A DNA stretch of 63,323 bases, filler included, from Desulfonatronovibrionaceae bacterium (GTDB lineage: Bacteria > Desulfobacterota > Desulfovibrionia > Desulfovibrionales > Desulfonatronovibrionaceae), in the NCBI GenBank assembly GCA_046539845.1. It is 3 parts of 2 records of this genome, joined end to end, with 100 filler letters (N's around TTAATTAATTAA, not from the genome) between each part and the next. Parts side by side here need not be neighbours in the genome. Positions count along the whole stretch, not along the records: positions 32,224 to 63,323 come from JBKHGE010000025.1; 2 more parts are not named here. One strand, 5' to 3'. Every line of letters starts with the position of its first letter. The stretch's first letter is position 1. Below, piece by piece: positions 58,080 through 63,323 of this stretch. Position numbers and translations under genes: made by a program. The notes below the pieces were generated by a model. That model was not told the DNA's origin. It made no database searches and was given only the letters and a program-made list of their open reading frames with translations.

Positions 58080-60089
58080 TCAACTGCCCTTCCTGCCTAC
58101 AAGGATCATCCTTTTTGCCGTATTCTCAAAGGGACTTAGATTTTCGTCATAAATCTTTTCCAGCTTCAGCCCGACAAGCCTGAAAAGGAGCCCAAACTGG
58201 GCCAGTGAATACAAATATGCTCCGACTATGACCGTGGAATCCTTGTCCGGGCCAATTTTCATGGGAATATACATTTTTTCGCTCAAGTCGTCCCAATATT
58301 TTTGAAGTTCCCGGCCGTGTTCATCCGTTTTGGCCCGGGTGTTGGCCAGGGCATTGGCCCGATTGGGAGCTTCAAGGATAAGAATACCGCCGGGGACAAG
58401 AGCTTCAGCCATGCGCTTAAGGATGTCGAAATCGGTTTCGATGTCAAAATAGCCAATACTGTTAAACCAATTCAACACCACGTCGAATTGGGGCCGCATG
58501 TTTATTTCCCGCATATCCAGAACCTGGAATTTTCCAAAAAGCCCGGCGTCGCTGAAGCGTTTTTCAGCCTTTTCAATAAAGTTGGGGTTTAGATCTATTC
58601 CCGAAACTCTAAACCCTTTTTTCGCAAGATGGAAGCTGACTCCGGCACTGCCGCAAGGGCAATCAAGCACATTCCACCCTTCGGAGTGTTTCTCGATGAC
58701 CTTGAGGACGGTCATGGCATCGGCTTTAGCCTCTTCATCGGATTTCAGCCATTGGTCATCAGGGATCTTTTTAAACCACTCCTTGTCCGAACGCTTTTCG
58801 CAGGAGGAAAGGGCGACAAGGAGATTCTGGGCATCTTTTTCCATCGCTCGGATTATATTCAGATCTTCCGCGAGGATCTCCGGATTTTCATGACAGAGAA
58901 AAATGCTGCCTGGAGCGGACAGGAGATCAACCGTTCGCTTCAGGGTATCGGTTTCAAAACAGGAAAGGAGATTGCCGCTTCTGACCGACGGCAGGGAGGC
59001 AAGGAGCGAGACCCCGGGCACGGACTCGATATTGCCCTCGCGTGAGGCAACCAGGATTTTTATAAAAAAATGCTTTTTCAATCTGTACGGCTTATTAATT
59101 CTTGCATAAAAAATTTCGGGCTCTAGATACGACTCCAAGCTCAGTTCCAGCTGAGTATAACCCAGGCTTTCCCTGAGCAGCTCCTGGGGATAGCCCGCGC
59201 CCATGGGCCGCGCTCCGCATTCTATTAGTATCGGGCCATTTTCAGTGAGCATGACTTCCATATGCGCCGGCCCCTGTTTTATATGCAGGGCGTCCAGCAC
59301 ACTAAAGGCGTAGTCAAGTGTTTGGTCGGTAATAGCGCCAAAATCCCGGACCAGCTCTGATCCATCATATACAGACCTGCCCTCACTGGTTATAATTTTC
59401 TTGTAGCGCCACAAGTCACTGATTACATGCTTTCCTTTGCAGGAAACAGTATTTATGACCACTTCCCTTCCCGGAGCGAACTCCTGGGCCAGCACCTCGG
59501 TAATCCTTTCTCCAAGTATATTTCGGGAGCCGAAAAGCGAGTTAAAAGCCGTTTGGACCTCTTGTTCATTCCTGCATATATGCACTCCGTCCGCACCCGA
59601 ACTGTTGTGGGGCTTTAATACCACCGGCAAACCGATTTGCCCAACCCACTTCTGAAGCGCCTCAATATCATCTCCAAGCCAGCTTTTAAGGCCTTTTACA
59701 CCTGCTTTATCAACCGCCCGATGCATTAGGTATTTGTCCCGCGAGACCTTGCCGGATTCCGGTTCATTACCGGGCAGTCCGAAGCCGGATGCAAGGGAAT
59801 TCGCAAGCTCGACTCCGGTTTCACAACCGGGCAAAATTGCCACCGGATTATATTCCCGGAGCTCGCGGATTAACTCCTCCATGTCCTGACATCCGTTTAC
59901 AAGGGCTGCATAACGATGGCCTGTTTCCGAAATGGCACCATCAGCCATATCGGAAATCTCGACATTTTCTGTTTTGGGAAAAGATCTGACATGAACGGCG
60001 GGAATTTTTCTTTTTTCCAGGAGATCTATATAGAATTTACCGGTTGAATACCCGTCCACGATTATAACATGCCGCTGATTTTTTCCCAT
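58080..60089 (-). CDS. ATP-grasp amino-acid ligase fused to class I SAM methyltransferase
   Basis: RDKYLM, VLKP..SSGADGV, QEF, HMEV..LIECGAR; C-terminal VLDCPCGSAG, GIDL and LVPGG. Confidence 0.85.
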   Translation of the reverse strand: MGKNQRHVIIVDGYSTGKFYIDLLEKRKIPAVHVRSFPKTENVEISDMADGAISETGHRYAALVNGCQDMEELIRELREYNPVAILPGCETGVELANSLASGFGLPGNEPESGKVSRDKYLMHRAVDKAGVKGLKSWLGDDIEALQKWVGQIGLPVVLKPHNSSGADGVHICRNEQEVQTAFNSLFGSRNILGERITEVLAQEFAPGREVVINTVSCKGKHVISDLWRYKKIITSEGRSVYDGSELVRDFGAITDQTLDYAFSVLDALHIKQGPAHMEVMLTENGPILIECGARPMGAGYPQELLRESLGYTQLELSLESYLEPEIFYARINKPYRLKKHFFIKILVASREGNIESVPGVSLLASLPSVRSGNLLSCFETDTLKRTVDLLSAPGSIFLCHENPEILAEDLNIIRAMEKDAQNLLVALSSCEKRSDKEWFKKIPDDQWLKSDEEAKADAMTVLKVIEKHSEGWNVLDCPCGSAGVSFHLAKKGFRVSGIDLNPNFIEKAEKRFSDAGLFGKFQVLDMREINMRPQFDVVLNWFNSIGYFDIETDFDILKRMAEALVPGGILILEAPNRANALANTRAKTDEHGRELQKYWDDLSEKMYIPMKIGPDKDSTVIVGAYLYSLAQFGLLFRLVGLKLEKIYDENLSPFENTAKRMILVGRKGS

Positions 60090-60481
60090 AAAACCCCCAT
60101 TTTTTGTTCTGTATATGGAAAGCAGTCTATCTTTATTTAAAAGTCACTTATGCGAAGTAAGGCTGTAAAGAGTCGAAGCACGGTGTCAGACGCACAAAAC
60201 AAATTTTACAACCTTTCGTTTTTACTTAAAGTTATAGTTAACACTTAACACCGCCTGCTAAAATATATTTTTTGCCGGCGTACCTGTAAAGGTTAAAACT
60301 GCAAAAATTTCGCTGGCGTCAGCAAGATCAGCAGCCGGGGGCAGGAGTCAGCGTGGAGGAATTAAGGTAACCTCGGCGCTCTTGCTTGGGGCGCAGCAAC
60401 TCAAAACCATACCCGATATACATAACAGTACGCCAGATCCCTTTCTCCAACCAGGGGTTGGGTTGCCGTCCAATACAGTAA

Positions 60482-63013
60482 TTAGGACAGATGCTCCTTC
60501 AAAAGCCTCATGAGTTCTTCCCTGTCAACCGGCTTGGCCAAATAGGCATCCATACCCGCAGCCAAAAATTTTTCCCGGTCCCCGCTCATGGCGTAAGCGG
60601 TTAAAGCGATGATAGGAATATCTTTGCATCCCGGACCGGAAGACCTGATTCTTTTCGTGGCCTCCACCCCGTCCATCACCGGCATCTGCACGTCCATGAG
60701 TACGCAGTCGAACTCCTTTTCGGCCAGCATTTCCAGGGCTTCCCCCCCATCCCGGGCCACGCTTATGTGGCCCCCTTCTTTTTCCAGCAAATGTTTGAGA
60801 TAAAGTCTGGTTACCGGATCATCATCCACCAATAATACTTGGCGCCCGCGAATTCTGTTGCTGAACGTTTCCTGCGGCTCGCACGTGCCATTTTTTTGTT
60901 TACGGGACTGCGGTAGCTTGAAGGGCAGGCTTACATACATCGCGGTCCCTTTACCCGGCTCGGAGTCAATGGCCATATTGCCGCCCATCAGACGCACCAA
61001 TCTCTTGACCAGGGGCAGTCCCAGCCCGGCCCCCTCGTACTGGCGGGCATAGAGGGATTTGGATTCACTGACCTGGGTAAAGGGCTCGAAAACCTGCTCA
61101 GTTTTGTCCTCCGGGATTCCGGGTCCGTTGTCTTTTACCATTAGTAACATGCGGCCCAACTGCAGCCCACTCCCGGGCAAACAGGAGATTTCTAAGCTGA
61201 CCTCACCGTTGCGGGTATATTTAAGGGCATTGCCCACCAGGTTGAACAGGATCTGGGTCAGGCGGGTGCCGTCCCCGAGGACTTTTTCCGGGAGTTTGTC
61301 GTCCAGGGTTATTTGTAGGGTATTGTTGTTCTCCCGGCAGGTATGCCGGAAAATATCCTCTACCGACTGCTTTATGTCCTCCAGGATAATCTCTTCTTCT
61401 TTCAACTCCAACTTATCGGATTCTATTCTGGAGAGATCCAAGATGTCGCTTAACAGTCTGGTAAGGCGCCGGGATGAGTTGCTGGCCATTTCCAAGTATT
61501 CATTCTGTTCCCGGTCCAACTCGGTTGTCTGCAAGAGCTGGAGCATGCCCAGGATACCATTCAGGGGAGTCCTTATCTCGTGGCTCATGTTGGCCAGGAA
61601 TTCGGATTTGGCCCTGTTCGCGGCTTCGGCCTGTTCCTTGGCTTCTTTCAAGTCTTGCAAGGCCTCATTAAGCTCGCTAACGTCAGCAACCTGGGAAAGA
61701 AGGGAGAGCATGTTCCCGGACTCGTCGCGCAGGGCGGAATTATACCACTGGCAGTGAACTATGCTTCCGTCCTTGCGAAAATTTCTGTTCTTACTGGTAT
61801 TGAATACCTCGGTCCCGTTGAAAAGCTTTTCTATCCGCTCATGCGTCTTCTCCCGGTCTTCAGGATGGATGAAATCGAAATCCTGCCAGTTTTTGCCCAC
61901 AACCTCCTCCCGGGTCCAGCCGAACATGATTTCCGCCTGGGAAGACCAGTGTTTTATGTATTTTCCCCCTTCCCATTCTATTACCGCCAGGGGGGAGTTT
62001 TCTATGTGAAAGGCAAGGCGGTCGGCCATGAGCTGATAGGCCTTTTCCGCCTCTTGGCGCCTAACAAGTTCCGCGGTGAGATCGGCTGTTTTTTCCTTGA
62101 CTTTCTTTCTAAGGGTTATGGTCCAGATAAAAATCATCAACACTATAGCAATCAAGGGGGTTATGATCAGCGCGGCATAACGAAGTATCTGGGCAACGGG
62201 AATGCCTTTGGGCGCTATCTGTCCAAACCATTTTTTGTATATCAGATCATAGCGCTCAGTGGTTTTAAGGATGGCCAGGCCTTCGTTCAGGGTGTCCGCC
62301 AGCTTTTCCCTGCCCTCGCCCACCGCGAAACAATATTCCCGCGGGTAAAACGGCGTACCCACCGCTTTTATATTTTCAATCTTAAGCCGTTTAAGATTGT
62401 ACAGCCCCTGGAGTTTGGCCAGCAGGGCGCAGTCGCATTTCCCGGCCTGCAAAAGCCGCAGGGCGTGCACTTGATTCCGGGCGACAACAATATCCTGGGT
62501 GAGATCCTTTTCCCGCACATAATCATGCATGATGTCTCCGCGCTGAATCGCGACGCTCCTGCCGTGCACATCGTTCAGCCTGGAAATCCCCGGGGTTGAT
62601 TCTTTTATGAAAACCGCATGCCGGACCGTGATAAATGAACTGCTGAAGTCAACCCGCTTGTCTCTTTCCTCAGAATAATACATACCGGTCAGGCCGTCGA
62701 TTTCCCCCTTCTCCAGGGCGGAGCGGATTTCACTCCATTGTCCGGCCTTGATCCGGACATCCAGCCCCATGATCTCGGCCACGGCCCGGAAAACATCCAC
62801 ATTGAATCCCCGTACTCGTCCCCTGCTGTCGCGGAATTCATAAGGCGGGTAATTTTCATCGGCCATGAAAAGCAGTGCATCCTTTGCCTGGGCCGGGAGG
62901 GAGAAGGCAATCAAGAAAAAAGCGAGAGAAAAAAATATAAACAGAACGGATGTGCGTCCCAAAATGCTCGATTTAGGCGAAAAATATCCATAGGCGCGGG
63001 CCTGGTTGTGCAT
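60482..63013 (-). CDS. Hybrid sensor histidine kinase (SBP_bac_3-TM-PAS-HisKA-HATPase-REC)
   Basis: NYPPYEF, IHPED, FLANMSHEIRTPLN, GAGLGL, MDVQMP and KP motifs. Confidence 0.95.
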   Translation of the reverse strand: MHNQARAYGYFSPKSSILGRTSVLFIFFSLAFFLIAFSLPAQAKDALLFMADENYPPYEFRDSRGRVRGFNVDVFRAVAEIMGLDVRIKAGQWSEIRSALEKGEIDGLTGMYYSEERDKRVDFSSSFITVRHAVFIKESTPGISRLNDVHGRSVAIQRGDIMHDYVREKDLTQDIVVARNQVHALRLLQAGKCDCALLAKLQGLYNLKRLKIENIKAVGTPFYPREYCFAVGEGREKLADTLNEGLAILKTTERYDLIYKKWFGQIAPKGIPVAQILRYAALIITPLIAIVLMIFIWTITLRKKVKEKTADLTAELVRRQEAEKAYQLMADRLAFHIENSPLAVIEWEGGKYIKHWSSQAEIMFGWTREEVVGKNWQDFDFIHPEDREKTHERIEKLFNGTEVFNTSKNRNFRKDGSIVHCQWYNSALRDESGNMLSLLSQVADVSELNEALQDLKEAKEQAEAANRAKSEFLANMSHEIRTPLNGILGMLQLLQTTELDREQNEYLEMASNSSRRLTRLLSDILDLSRIESDKLELKEEEIILEDIKQSVEDIFRHTCRENNNTLQITLDDKLPEKVLGDGTRLTQILFNLVGNALKYTRNGEVSLEISCLPGSGLQLGRMLLMVKDNGPGIPEDKTEQVFEPFTQVSESKSLYARQYEGAGLGLPLVKRLVRLMGGNMAIDSEPGKGTAMYVSLPFKLPQSRKQKNGTCEPQETFSNRIRGRQVLLVDDDPVTRLYLKHLLEKEGGHISVARDGGEALEMLAEKEFDCVLMDVQMPVMDGVEATKRIRSSGPGCKDIPIIALTAYAMSGDREKFLAAGMDAYLAKPVDREELMRLLKEHLS

Positions 63014-63323
63014 AAAATCTTCTCAGCCTGGTGCTTTAACCCCTGAAAAAGAGGTTTTAAGCCCCTGCAGGACTAGACGTTAGACATTTTTAAAACTTCC
63101 AGTTTAGTACAAAGGTCCGACCCCCTACCCTGCTTCAATATTCGGGAGGAATTTATTCTTGCGGTCAGTTAATCAAATCCGCGATAGATATTCAAGATTT
63201 TCTTGTTGATCATGTTTTTGGCATAAAAAGGATTGATGGGTTATCTGATTATTTACTCGGACAAGCACCTGCACATTCCACGCAAAATGGCCAGCCAGTA
63301 CACGCGATGGTGACCGGCCAGTA

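Noticed and set aside
60300..60400. TAACCTCGGCGC resembling a c-di-AMP riboswitch end
   Set aside because: Wrong strand for the adjacent genes and other conserved blocks are absent.
1..63323. CRISPR arrays, rRNA/tRNA genes, transposases, prophage
   Set aside because: No repeat-spacer periodicity, RNA gene signatures or mobile-element ORFs were seen.

Overview
A 63 kb stretch of bacterial chromosome made of three contigs joined by artificial 100-nt N/TTAATTAATTAA linkers (12937-13036, 32124-32223). Gene content suggests a sulfate-reducing Desulfovibrionales-type deltaproteobacterium, probably halophilic; this is an inference. No rRNA, tRNA, CRISPR array or transposase was seen. Main blocks: (1) an AT-richer 8-gene GAK-type operon of unknown function (xxxCH protein, PHP-like protein, two amphi-Trp proteins, PhoU-kinase fusion, ATP-grasp ligase, HprK-related kinase, CofD/YvcK-like protein), preceded by a tandem Pho-box-like array; (2) motAB-pilZ running into an acetyl-CoA carboxylase cluster with an AccA-AccD fusion; (3) pnp, a HEAT-receiver protein and nadE; (4) a phenylacetate-CoA ligase plus ACT-protein operon behind an unannotated 26-aa Phe-rich leader peptide with full attenuator geometry; (5) an amino-acid ABC importer plus ablAB for the osmolyte N-epsilon-acetyl-beta-lysine; (6) a Liv-type ABC/acyl-CoA ligase operon with a C10-tract frameshift; (7) housekeeping and other genes (hemC, gmhA, mobA, AroK-like kinase, MucR), an ATP-grasp/methyltransferase fusion and a hybrid sensor kinase. 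The strongest leads are the Phe attenuator and the apparently phosphate-regulated GAK system.
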